Part shown: positions 19,151-29,038 of the stretch, piece after piece
How positions within the stretch are numbered: position 1 is the stretch's first letter
How the letters are laid out: the number at the start of each line of letters is the position of its first letter
Source: an uncultured Chloroflexia bacterium
GTDB taxonomy: Bacteria > Chloroflexota > Limnocylindria > Limnocylindrales > CSP1-4
Reading direction: 5' to 3'
Assembly (NCBI GenBank): GCA_963712745.1
Contig: CAVQJC010000018.1
Span: 1-53,285, forward strand
Length of the DNA stretch: 53,285 nt
Notes under the pieces: model-generated
Databases searched by the model: none
The model's input: only the letters and a program-made list of their open reading frames with translations
What the model was told of the DNA's origin: nothing
Position numbers and translations under genes: made by a program

Positions 19151-20583
19151 AGTCGATCGAGCTCGACTACGGCAGCGATCGGTTGCCGGTGGAACTGCCG
19201 GCTAGCGCCGTCGTGGTGCGCTACGGCGAGACGTACACCGATCAGCCCGCAGTGGACCCGGCGGAGGCGACCCGCGCGGCCCTCGATGCTCCGCTCGGCA
19301 TCCCGCCCCTCACCGAGCTTTCCGGCCCGGGTCGCAAGGCGGTCATCGTCTTCCCCGACCGCGTGAAGGGTGGCGCCCATCCCCTGGCCCACCGACGCGT
19401 GTCGATCCCGGCCATCATCGACGATCTGCTCCGAGGCGGCAGCCGCATCGAGGACATCTCACTGCTGTGCGCTCAAGGGCTACACCGGCGCAACACGCAC
19501 GAGGAATGGCTCGAGTACCTGGGCCCGGAGATCGTCGACCGCTTCTGGCCTGACCGCATCACCAACCACGACGCGGAAGGTGACGATCTCCTCGACCTGG
19601 GCATCGACGAGATGGGCAACGCGGTCCAGACGCACCGCGCCATCGCCGACGCGGACGTGGCGGTGCTGGTCGGTCACTGCGCGGCCAACCCATATGGGGG
19701 TTTCAGCGGCGGCTACAAGATGCTCGTCACCGGTCTCGCCGGACGCGCCTCGATCGCCAGCCACCACAACCCAGGCACGATGCATCGCGCCGACTGGCTC
19801 GGTGGCGCCATCGAATTGCACATGCGCCACCAGTTCCGATCCATCGGCGAGGCCATCGAGGATGGCATCGGCAAGCGGGTCTTCGCGGTCGATGCGGTGC
19901 TGGGGCAGTTCGGTGAGGTCCTCGACGTGCAGGCGGGCTCGATCGCGGAGGTCGAACGCGCTACCTGGCCGCTGGCGAAGCGACGCGCGGAGGTGGTGGT
20001 CGACGAGCTCGAGCAGCCGGCGGACATCCTGCTCGTCGGGCTGCCGCGCGACTTCCACTACGGACCGGGCATGGGTACCAACCCGATCCTGATGAGCCTC
20101 GCCATCGGAGCCCAGTACTCGCGTGCGGCACGGGCGCTGCGGCCGGACCCGGTGGTCATCGCGATCGCCGCCTGTGACGGCTGGTTCAACGCAGACTGGT
20201 TCCCGTCGTACGAGGAGACGTACGAGGCACTCCAACGCTACGACACGGCGGCGGCCTTCCTCGCGTCCGAGGATGCCGAGCGGATCTCGACCGATCCGGC
20301 CTACTGCGCGAGCTACTCCACGGGCTATACCTATCACCCGTTCCATGCCATGTCGATGGTCTCGGGCGGCGCCGTACCGCTCAAGTGGTGCTCGCAGGTG
20401 TACCTGGTGGGTGCGGAGCGGCCTCGCTACGCGCGCGGCATGGGCTACCGTACGTTGCCGACCGTGGCTGATGCCCTCAAGGACGCCGAGCGGTACGTGG
20501 GCTCGAATCCGCGCGTCCTCGCGACGCCCGAGTGCTACTCAGGCGGCATGGCCGTGAACCTCATCGCGGCCGGGGCGGCATGA
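19147..20583 (+). CDS. LarA-family (nickel-pincer nucleotide) protein
   Basis: ALDAPLG, GLHRR, NHD, GFSGGYK, IASHH; ATGA-coupled to the upstream dehydrogenase. Confidence 0.85.
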   Translation: MKSIELDYGSDRLPVELPASAVVVRYGETYTDQPAVDPAEATRAALDAPLGIPPLTELSGPGRKAVIVFPDRVKGGAHPLAHRRVSIPAIIDDLLRGGSRIEDISLLCAQGLHRRNTHEEWLEYLGPEIVDRFWPDRITNHDAEGDDLLDLGIDEMGNAVQTHRAIADADVAVLVGHCAANPYGGFSGGYKMLVTGLAGRASIASHHNPGTMHRADWLGGAIELHMRHQFRSIGEAIEDGIGKRVFAVDAVLGQFGEVLDVQAGSIAEVERATWPLAKRRAEVVVDELEQPADILLVGLPRDFHYGPGMGTNPILMSLAIGAQYSRAARALRPDPVVIAIAACDGWFNADWFPSYEETYEALQRYDTAAAFLASEDAERISTDPAYCASYSTGYTYHPFHAMSMVSGGAVPLKWCSQVYLVGAERPRYARGMGYRTLPTVADALKDAERYVGSNPRVLATPECYSGGMAVNLIAAGAA

Positions 20584-20610
20584 CCACCCAAATCCATATC
20601 GAGTAGCTAA

Positions 20611-20648
20611 TATATCGCCGCGTCGATGGGCGACATCGCGACGATATA
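20611..20648. terminator. Imperfect inverted repeat after the larA-like gene
   Basis: TATATCGCCGCG ... CGCGACGATATA (1 mismatch) in an AT-richer intergenic stretch. Confidence 0.35.
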
Positions 20649-20778
20649 CAATCCCTGAACGTACACTAGACACTGTGATACGTGAAGCGCTTGTCCAGAA
20701 CAGGGGGTGCCTTCTCGGGCAGGGTCGTACGCTCTGGCCTTTCCTGCCCCTACCGCCTCAGCCTCCAGGGAGGGAACC

Positions 20779-23022
20779 GTGAGCACGAGTGCCGTCTCGC
20801 TTCGAGACGCAGGGCAGGCTGACGGCGGCAAGGCCGCCGGACTGAGCTGGCTCATCGAACATGGATACGTCGTACCCGACGGTGTCGTGGTCAGGACCCC
20901 CGATGCCGCGGGTCTTGCCGCCTGGCTCAAGCCCGGGCAGCGCTACGCGGTGCGTTCCTCGGCGTCCGTCGAGGACTCGGCGACCCATTCGTTCGCCGGG
21001 CAATTCGCGACGGTGCTCGATGTCAGCGGCGAGGACGCCGTGCGCGCGGCCATCCAGGCCGTGATCGATTCGGCGCGCGACGAGCGTCTCGAGCCATACC
21101 TGCGACATGCGGGTGTCGACCCGGCCACCGTGCGCATGTCGGTCGTGGTGCAGGAGATGGTGGCTGCCAAGGCATCTGGTGTCGCCTTCAGTCGCAACCC
21201 CCTGACGGGCCTCGCCGATATCGTCATCGAGGCCTTGTCCGGAACGGGCGCCGCGCTCGTCTCGGGCAAGGCCACTCCCGATCGCTGGGTCAGCCACTGG
21301 GGCGAGTGGACGCAGGTCCCTGAGTCGAGCGATATCCCCATCGTCGCGATGGATGAGGTCGCGCAGCTCGTTGCTTCGATCGCTGACGAGCGTGACGAGG
21401 CCATCGACGTCGAATGGTCATGGGATGGCGACACGGTCTCGCTGCTCCAGGTGCGGCCCATGACGGTGGTCAACGTACCCGTTTACTCCAACCGTCTGGC
21501 CAAGGAGTTCCTGCCCGGCGTCGTGCCGCCGCTGGTGTGGTCGGTGAACGTGCCCATCGTGAACCGCGCCTGGCTGGACCTGTTCACCTCGGTCGTTGGA
21601 CCCCTGGACCTGGCGCCAGAGGATCTGTCGCGGCAGTTTGCCTATCGGGCCTACTTCAACATGGGCGCGGTCGGCGACATCTTCGAAGCCGTGAGCATGC
21701 CGCGTGACCTGCTCGAGGTACTCATGGGCATCGAGGGCGGGGACGAGCGACCGACGTTCCGACCTCGGATGGGCGTGATGCGCCATATGCCCCGCATGGG
21801 GCGGATGGCCTGGCGGCTGGCTCGCTATCACCGCGAACTGGATCGGCTCATCCCGCAGTCACAGCAGCGACTCAGGGGCATCGAGGCACGTGACCTCACA
21901 GGCCTGTCCGATGAGCAACTGCTCGAGCACATGAACGAACTCGAGACCTTGGTCGGCCGCATCGCCTTCGCCAACATCCTCGCGCCCCTCCTGTTCAACG
22001 CCTACGGGTCGGTGCTTCGCCGTCGCCTCCAGAAGCGAGGTATCGACGCACACGACATCGACTTCGGAGCCGGCCAGCCCGGCCTCATCGACTACGACCC
22101 CAAACCACGGCTCGCACAGCTCAGCGAGGGGGTCTCAGGTCTTGATGAGCCGACCCGAACCAGGGTGCTCGCCGGCGAGATCGAGCTGCTGCCGCAGGGT
22201 CAGGAATTCCTCGAGCGCTTCGGGCACGTCTCGGACTCCGGCAACGACTTCTCCAAGGTGCCCTGGCGGGAGGACCCCGTTCAGCTCGCCCCCCTGCTCC
22301 AGAGCCCGAGCCAGCCCACGACCGGTCGGCCGGAACGGCCCGCGGCGCTGCCGGACGACCTGTCACGCATCGACCGTATGCTCGCCAACCGCACCGCGCG
22401 ATACCGCTTCGAACGTGAGCGCGTGTCGTACACGTACACGCGCGCTTACGGACAATTCCGTCCGACCGCCCTGGAGATCGCGAGTCGCCTGGTCGAGCGG
22501 CACGTTCTCGACACCCGGGAGGACGTCTTCTATCTCACCAGGGCAGAGATGGAAACGGGCTTGCGCAGCGAGGGCGCCGCCGACGCGCGCGCACTGGCGG
22601 CGGCACGCAAGGCGGACGTGGAGCGACTCGCCGACGTAGAGATGCCCGAGATGATCTTCGGCGACGAGTTCGAGCCGGCACCCCCAGCGGAGCCGGATCG
22701 GCGACTGACGGGCATCCCGAGCTCTCGCGGTGTCAAGCGTGGCAGGGCACGGGTCGTGGCCGGCTTGAGCGAGGCTGGACGCGTCGAGACCGGAGACGTC
22801 GTGGTCATCCCCTACTCGGACGTGGGCTGGACGCCGATGCTGGCCCGAGCCGGCGCGATCGTCGCGGAGTCCGGCGGCTTGCTGTCCCACTCATCGATCG
22901 TGGCGCGGGAGTTCGGCATCCCCTGCGTCGTCAGCGTGGCCGGCGCCATGCGCATCCCGGATGGCTCGATGGTTCGCGTCGATGGCTTCAGCGGGGACAT
23001 CGATTGGGAGGCCGCTGCATGA
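20779..23022 (+). CDS. PEP-utilising dikinase-like enzyme (ATP-grasp + substrate domain + phosphohistidine swivel; rifampin-phosphotransferase architecture)
   Basis: GGKA, AVRSSASVED, SFAGQF, VVVQEMV, SGVAFSRNP, DVEW, LLQVRP and GGLLSHSSIVAREFGIP. Confidence 0.88.
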   Translation: MSTSAVSLRDAGQADGGKAAGLSWLIEHGYVVPDGVVVRTPDAAGLAAWLKPGQRYAVRSSASVEDSATHSFAGQFATVLDVSGEDAVRAAIQAVIDSARDERLEPYLRHAGVDPATVRMSVVVQEMVAAKASGVAFSRNPLTGLADIVIEALSGTGAALVSGKATPDRWVSHWGEWTQVPESSDIPIVAMDEVAQLVASIADERDEAIDVEWSWDGDTVSLLQVRPMTVVNVPVYSNRLAKEFLPGVVPPLVWSVNVPIVNRAWLDLFTSVVGPLDLAPEDLSRQFAYRAYFNMGAVGDIFEAVSMPRDLLEVLMGIEGGDERPTFRPRMGVMRHMPRMGRMAWRLARYHRELDRLIPQSQQRLRGIEARDLTGLSDEQLLEHMNELETLVGRIAFANILAPLLFNAYGSVLRRRLQKRGIDAHDIDFGAGQPGLIDYDPKPRLAQLSEGVSGLDEPTRTRVLAGEIELLPQGQEFLERFGHVSDSGNDFSKVPWREDPVQLAPLLQSPSQPTTGRPERPAALPDDLSRIDRMLANRTARYRFERERVSYTYTRAYGQFRPTALEIASRLVERHVLDTREDVFYLTRAEMETGLRSEGAADARALAAARKADVERLADVEMPEMIFGDEFEPAPPAEPDRRLTGIPSSRGVKRGRARVVAGLSEAGRVETGDVVVIPYSDVGWTPMLARAGAIVAESGGLLSHSSIVAREFGIPCVVSVAGAMRIPDGSMVRVDGFSGDIDWEAAA

Positions 23023-23651
23023 TCGCCGCCAGGCACAGCCGGCGTGCCAGAGGCGCAGCCATGACCCCCACGGTCGTCGTCATGATGATGCTGCTCCTGG
23101 CGACTCCTGCCGCCGCGCATGAGAACCAGGTCATCCAGTACGGATCCTTCCTGGCCGGACTCACCCACCCGGTGCTCGGCCTTGACCACCTGCTGGCCAT
23201 GGTCTCGGTGGGCATCGTCAGCGCCCTCATCGGCGGACGGGCCATCTGGACGGTCCCGGGCACCTTCGTGACCTTGATGGCCGTCGGGGGCGCAGTGGGC
23301 TGGTCGGGGCTGGCCCTGCCCGACACGATCATCGAGTTGGCCATCGCCACCTCGGTCATCCTGCTCGGCGGAGTCATCGTGCTCGATCGCCGGCTGCCGG
23401 TCCCCGTGGCCATGGCGATCGTGGCCTTCTTCGGTTTCTTCCACGGCTTCGCCCATGGCTCGGAGATCCCGCGCATCGCGGACCCGCTCGTCTATGCCGT
23501 GGGCTTCCTGTTGGGCACGATCCTGCTCCACCTCACCGGCGTGCTCATCGGAGACATGGCGAAGCGCTACGAACGCGGCCTGCTCGTCCTGAGAGGCGTC
23601 GGCGTCGTGTTCGTGGCCATCGGCGTGCTGTTCTTCATGGAGGCCCTATGA
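23019..23651 (+). CDS. HupE/UreJ family Ni/Co permease
   Basis: Signal peptide-AH, GLTHPVLGLDHLLAM, FHGFAHGSE, LH. Confidence 0.92.
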   Translation: MIAARHSRRARGAAMTPTVVVMMMLLLATPAAAHENQVIQYGSFLAGLTHPVLGLDHLLAMVSVGIVSALIGGRAIWTVPGTFVTLMAVGGAVGWSGLALPDTIIELAIATSVILLGGVIVLDRRLPVPVAMAIVAFFGFFHGFAHGSEIPRIADPLVYAVGFLLGTILLHLTGVLIGDMAKRYERGLLVLRGVGVVFVAIGVLFFMEAL

Positions 23652-24316
23652 CCGCAAGCGCAACACTCAACGCTCCATCCGGAACCGGCCCGGTGGAGGT
23701 CCTCACACCGGCCGGCAACCCCGTCGACAAGCGGGCCGTCCTGATCTGGGAGGTCGTCGCTTTCGTGGTGATCATGGTCGGCGCCTCGGCCCTGCATTTC
23801 GCCTACGAGCTATCCGGGTTCTACCAACCCATCGCCATCCTGGCCTCGGTCAACGAATCCACCTTCGAACACCTCAAGCTCTTCTTCTGGCCGGCGCTCA
23901 TCGTCACCCTCGTCGAGCACGCCTATGTCAAGGACAAGGTCAACAACTACTGGTGGGGCAAGGCCGTGGCCATGGTCGTGGCACCCATCGCCATCATCGT
24001 GAGCTTCTACTTCTACCTGGGAATCGCCCTGCCGCTGACGGGAACGGGCTACCTGGCGCTTGACATCGGCACCGGGGCTTTCGGTGTCGCCGCCGGGAAC
24101 ATCGTCGCCTATCGCATCCTGACCGCTCCTCCCAGGCGGCCCAGCTACCGCGCCATCGGGATGGCCACGATCGTAGTGCTGGCGCTGATCATGGCTACGG
24201 TCGCCTTCTTCCCACCCCAGGTCTTCCTGTTCGAAAACTTCTTCGGCTACGAGTACACAGGTGACTACGGCATCCTCGACGACTACACGCCGTACTTGGT
24301 GTTCGACGGCCTCTAG
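23648..24316 (+). CDS. Membrane protein (DUF6512-like)
   Basis: LHFAYELSG and VNESTFEHLKL; 5-6 TM segments; ATGA overlap. Confidence 0.7.
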   Translation: MTASATLNAPSGTGPVEVLTPAGNPVDKRAVLIWEVVAFVVIMVGASALHFAYELSGFYQPIAILASVNESTFEHLKLFFWPALIVTLVEHAYVKDKVNNYWWGKAVAMVVAPIAIIVSFYFYLGIALPLTGTGYLALDIGTGAFGVAAGNIVAYRILTAPPRRPSYRAIGMATIVVLALIMATVAFFPPQVFLFENFFGYEYTGDYGILDDYTPYLVFDGL

Positions 24317-24391
24317 CCCACGGGCTGTGCGGAGCCGGTAGTCGTCGGTCAGGGAACGTACGGGCGGCCAGGGCGGGCGGGTATCGCGGAG

Positions 24392-25072
24392 TCAGCCGAC
24401 CTCGGGGTGGCCGGTATAGCCCTTCCTGACATCGGCGAACCGGGATCGCCAATCGCGTGGTCCATCACGCAGGTGGCGCACGTGGTCCATGACCTCGACG
24501 CGCATCGCCCGCCAGTAGAGTGCGGTGATGAGGAGCGCGTAGAGCGCTGCCGCGGGGTCGTCGCGAGCCACGACGAACCAGGGCGCCAGGAGTAGGGTCC
24601 AGCCGTCGTAGACGATGAGACGATCGGCGAGGATGAGCCCGATGCCGATACCGAGCGGGATGGTCACGAGCAACGCGACCGGATCGACGATGAGTAGTCC
24701 ACCGAGCATCGGCGATACTCCGAAACCGCCATGGAACCGGTAGTAGACCGGCCAGACGTGTCCCACCACGGCGAATAGCGCCGCCACCAGGTAGGCCGGC
24801 TCGTCCGGGGCGATGAGCCGGAACAGCGCGGTGACCAAGGCGGCCTTGGCGATGTCGAGGAGCGATACCAGCAGGCCCCATCGTCGCCCGGCCCGGATCG
24901 AGACGCTGGTGGCACTGACGCCGCTGACCTCGATAGGCCCCGAGCCTTCGTGGAACTGGAGCTCAGCCGTTCCAAGGTCGGCTCCGGCACCCACGCGCGT
25001 CCCGATGACCCGCGCGAACGAGATCGAGCCGATCAGGTAGCCGGCGAGCGCTGCGAGGGCCATGAGTGCCAT
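24392..25072 (-). CDS. PlsY-like glycerol-3-phosphate acyltransferase family protein (divergent)
   Basis: GYLIGSI, DIAKA, GHVWPVYYRFHGGFG. Confidence 0.82.
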   Translation of the reverse strand: MALMALAALAGYLIGSISFARVIGTRVGAGADLGTAELQFHEGSGPIEVSGVSATSVSIRAGRRWGLLVSLLDIAKAALVTALFRLIAPDEPAYLVAALFAVVGHVWPVYYRFHGGFGVSPMLGGLLIVDPVALLVTIPLGIGIGLILADRLIVYDGWTLLLAPWFVVARDDPAAALYALLITALYWRAMRVEVMDHVRHLRDGPRDWRSRFADVRKGYTGHPEVG

Positions 25073-25228
25073 GGTGGTCAGGCCCCGTGCCTGGAGGCGC
25101 GAACGACGCAGCGAAGCTGGGGATCAACATCGGTCTTGGGGTCGCTCATGGTGCCCCGGGTCCATCTCGCATCGGTGCGCGATAGTCGCACAGTATCGGG
25201 GGACCCGCCGCTGCCCGCGCGCCGACCC

Positions 25229-26453
25229 CTATGGCCGTGCCAGCGTGCCGTCCGGGAGCCGAGTCTGCGTCCAGTCGACCACGCCGTCCTTGAACTGGGC
25301 CATGTCGGCGCGGAGCGGATAGCGCCGGGCGAGCTCTTCGTCGACATCGACACCCAGGCCTGGGTCGCTGCTCGGATACAGGTAGCCGTCACGTTGTTCC
25401 GGCCCACCCGGGAAGACCTCGCGCAGGACATCGGGAATGCCGGTGAACTCCTGGATGCCGAAGTTGGGCAGGGCCACGTCCAGGTGGACGTTGGCGGCAT
25501 GTCCGACCGGCGAGACATCGCTCGGGCCATGGAAGGCGGTGCGAACGCCGAACGATTCCGCGAGGGCGGCGAGCTTGCGCGCGGGCGTGAGGCCGCCGAT
25601 GTCGCTGAGGTGGACGCGGATGAAGTCGATGAGTCGGTCTGCGATGAGGCTGCGCCACTCCAGCGGATGCGTGAACAGCTCACCGATGGCGATAGGCGTT
25701 GCGGTCTGGGAGCGCAGCTCGCGGAGCCATGCCTGGTCCTCCGGCGCAAACGGATCCTCAAGGTAGAAGAGTCGATATGGCTCGAGCTCCTTGGCCAGTC
25801 GAACCGCGTCGATGGGCGCGAGACGCTCGTGGACATCGTGGAGCAGCTCGACCTCGAACCCGACCTTGTCACGAACGTGATCGAAGAGCGCCGGCACACT
25901 ACGCGCATACGAGGCGCGGTCGTAGTAGCGCCCAGGCTGGGTGCGGAGCTCCTGGCTGGTTGACGGACCCGAGCCACTCGACCCCGCCATAGCCGCCGAC
26001 CTGGCAGCGGATGTGGCGCAGGCCGTCCTCCTGCAGCTCAAGGACGCGGTCCAGGACCTCGTGGGCATCGCGTCCGTCGGCGTGCGCGTAGACCGCGGCG
26101 CCTTCCCGGACCTTGCCGCCGAGCAGCTCATACAGCGGCATCCCAGCAACCTTGCCCTTGATGTCCCACAGTGCCTGGTCCACCCCAGAGAGCGCGTTGT
26201 TGAGCACGGGCCCGTTGCGCCAGTAGGCGTTCTGGTAGACGAGCTGCCAGATGTCCTCGATGCGATGCGGATCTCGACCCACCAGCAGCGGTTCGAGATA
26301 CTCTTCGACGACGGTGCGGACGGCCAGCAGTCGCTGGGTAAAGGTCGCACAGCCGAGGCCATGCAGCCCCGGCTCCGAGGTCTCGACCTTGACCACGGCC
26401 AGCCCGACGCCCGCGGGCGCGGTGAGGATGCACTTGACCGCGGTGATACGCAT
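25229..26453 (-). CDS. Enolase-superfamily mannonate dehydratase-like protein (ManD/RspA), frameshift near 25935-25960
   Basis: N-half GLGCATFTQR, YWRNGPV, DQALWDIKGK; C-half LHDVHERL, YLEDP, GE, HGPSDVSPVG, NFGIQE. Confidence 0.85.
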
Positions 26454-26455
26454 GG

Positions 26456-27391
26456 CTATCTCCCTGGACTCTCCGATTTGGTCGGCTTGTCACGCCATGA
26501 GTGTCGGGCTTCCCAACCCAGGACCTCGCGGGCATGGTGGCAGTCGACCAGCGAGCGGTGGGGTGCGTCCGCCAAGTAGTGATCGGGATCGACGTTGGGC
26601 CACGGCACCTCCGGGTACTCGCGTTCGACCAGGGCTCGCGTGTCCTCGGCCACCGATGTGTCCCGCGCAGCCAGCAGGAAACGGTCGTGGAGAACGCCCT
26701 CGACCTGCAGGCTGCGGATGACCGCGTCGCTGACGTCTTGCACGTCGACGTAGGCCCAGTAGTTGTCGCGCCAGGTCTCGATGAACGACGCGGTCCCAAA
26801 GTCAGCCAGATGAGGGCTCGCGGGATGGGCCACGAACACGGGCCGAAGGCAGATGGTGATGAGCCCATGGCGTTCGGAGAACGAACGGCAGACCTCCTCC
26901 ATGAGGTGCTTGGAGAGCTGGTATGGGCTCATCGGATGGTGCGGGTACTCATCGTCGATGGGCAGGTACTCGGTCGGTCGCCAGCCCCCGACGCTGCCCT
27001 GTGCGTTGATGCTCGACAAGCTGACGACACGCTCGACACCCGCGTCTACCGCTGCCTGGAGCACGTTCCAGGTGCCGAGGACGTTGGTCGAGATGACCCT
27101 GGACCCGTCGCCAAGGTCCCAGGGGATGGCACCCGCGTGCACCACGGCGACCACGCCGGCCATCGCTTCTCGCACGGCCCCGAGGTCCAGTAGATCGGCC
27201 ACCCGGTGGTCGCTGTCGAGGGCGGTAGCTGGACGAAGATCCAGACCCCGCAGCAGATAGCCGTGTTCACGCAGTGCGCGACCCAGGTGCCTCCCGAGCG
27301 CGCCCTCGGAACCTGTGAGTAGCACGACTCCCGATGGGGCCGTACTCGATCGTGTCATCGGCTCGGGCGCATCGCCAGCGATGGTCTCCAT
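26456..27391 (-). CDS. NAD-dependent epimerase/dehydrogenase (extended SDR, uronate-dehydrogenase-like)
   Basis: TGSEGALG, NVLGTWNV, SS, YQLSK. Confidence 0.88.
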   Translation of the reverse strand: METIAGDAPEPMTRSSTAPSGVVLLTGSEGALGRHLGRALREHGYLLRGLDLRPATALDSDHRVADLLDLGAVREAMAGVVAVVHAGAIPWDLGDGSRVISTNVLGTWNVLQAAVDAGVERVVSLSSINAQGSVGGWRPTEYLPIDDEYPHHPMSPYQLSKHLMEEVCRSFSERHGLITICLRPVFVAHPASPHLADFGTASFIETWRDNYWAYVDVQDVSDAVIRSLQVEGVLHDRFLLAARDTSVAEDTRALVEREYPEVPWPNVDPDHYLADAPHRSLVDCHHAREVLGWEARHSWRDKPTKSESPGR

Positions 27392-27396
27392 CAGTG

Positions 27397-27460
27397 AGTA
27401 AGCGCTTTCACCATGCTATCCCGTATCAGATGATTTGAGCGTGTACACGCTTACTTGACA
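27397..27460. promoter_or_regulatory. Divergent promoter region with LacI-type operator and a second palindrome
   Basis: Minus strand TGAAAGCGCTTACT (27397-27410); perfect palindrome AGCGTGTACACGCT (27438-27451); TTGACA (27455-27460). Confidence 0.55.
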
Positions 27461-27647
27461 AGGACACTTACCATGAGTGTATCCCACACGGGACGGGCCA
27501 GCCGCGAGGTTGGGTCGAAGGCGCCGAATGGAGGAGACGCCCAGGGATCGAACGAGGACCGTCACGCCCTTCAAGGGCCACCACCAGCAGAAGCTCGGTG
27601 GGACGTCTCAGCGACCAGTCAAGCGAGGAGGAGACAGAGAAACCACG

Positions 27648-29038
27648 ATGCGTAGATTCATCATCCTGACGGCCGCGACCGCACTGGCGGTGACGGCGTT
27701 CGCCGGCAGCGCGGCAGCCCAAGACCCCGTCAACTTGCGTGTGCTGGTTCACCAGAACCCGCCCTTCGTCGCGTACATGGAGCAGTTCAACGAGCAGTTC
27801 GAGGCCAACCACCCTGATATCAAGGTGGAGATGGCGGTCGTTAACGCGAACGACCTCATGACCAGCACGCAGACCCGCTTGATGGCCAATGACGTGGACG
27901 TCATCGACATCTTCGCCTACAGCAACGCCGCAGAGCCGTACATGGAGGGCACCGATCCGCCAGGTTGGCAGTCGCTCATCGATGCGGGCCTGATCATGGA
28001 CCTGACGGACCAGCCGTTCGTGGCCAACTACGATCCGGCCTCGATCGCCGATGCCGGCACCTACAACGACCGCGTGTACCAGATCAACCTTGGGCGCGTC
28101 GGCTTCAGCGGTGTCTACGTCAACAAGGACCTGCTGGCGGAGAACGGCGTCGACGTGCCGACGACCTGGTCGAGCTGGTGACGGCCTGTGAGACGCTCAC
28201 AGATGCTGGCGTTCCGTGCATGACGGCCGGCGGCGGAGACGGCTGGCCCATCTACGTCGGTGCCTATGGGCTGCTCGGCGCCAACTACCCGGACCAGGCA
28301 GCCCTCGTCGAGGGCCTGTGGACCGGCGACATCAAGTACACCGATGCGGAGTGGCTCGACCTGCTCGCCAAGTACCAGGTGTACAACCGCGACATGATGG
28401 AGCCAGGCGCCAGCGCGCTGCCCGGCGACGGTGCGCCAGGTCGATTCGCCTCCGGCGCCGTGGCCATGTTCCCCGGCGGCACGTGGTACGGACCGGCCAT
28501 CGAGGCGCTTGAGCCCACGTTCGACTGGGCCTACATCCCCTTCCCGGGCAGCGATGATCCGGCCAACAACCAGTACATGTTCGGCAAGTACGACCAGGGC
28601 TGGGCCATCGCCGGGAACTCGTCCAAGCAGGATGCGGCGCTGACCTATCTCAGCGACTTCTCGGAGCCTGAGAACTACCAGGCCTTCGTGGACGCGGTCG
28701 GCCCCATCCCTACACAGCCAGGTGCCACGCTCAACACCAAGATCGGGCAGGAGCTGGCTCCGTACCTCGATAACTTCCGACTCGGCTTCGAGGTGATCTG
28801 GACGCCGCCCAAGGGTATGGGCCAGTTCGGCGCTCCCCCGCTGGTGAACATGTTCCAGCCGTTCGGGACCTTCGATGATCCGCAGGCTGCCGCCGAGCAG
28901 GCACAGTCCGATCTCGACTCCGGCCTCGAGCGCCATCCAGTAGGACGTCTCCTCCTCCGGTGGACCGGAGGTGTTCGCGCTGACAGTGCGAGATCTCTGG
29001 TCCACCGCGGAGGAAATCGCAGCCGGGGAATGAGATGA
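27648..29038 (+). CDS. Carbohydrate ABC substrate-binding protein (frameshift near 28171; native stop possibly 28943)
   Basis: Signal peptide MRRFIILTAATALAV...; YVNKDLL..GVDVPTTW continues as ELVTACE...FASGAVAMFPGGTW in another frame. Confidence 0.85.
28952..29013. other. Long imperfect stem-loop between SBP and permease
   Basis: TCCTCCGGTGGACCGGAG ... CTCTGGTCCACCGCGGAGGA inverted repeat, at the usual position of mRNA-stabilising hairpins. Confidence 0.5.

Noticed and set aside
20682-20695. AAGCGCTT LacI-like core upstream of the dikinase gene
   Set aside because: Flanks do not match the operator consensus; an 8-bp palindrome alone is weak evidence.
20779-23022. Calling it ppsA, ppdK or rifampin-resistance rph
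   Set aside because: No pyruvate-binding barrel and no evidence of rifamycin specificity; only the architecture is supported.
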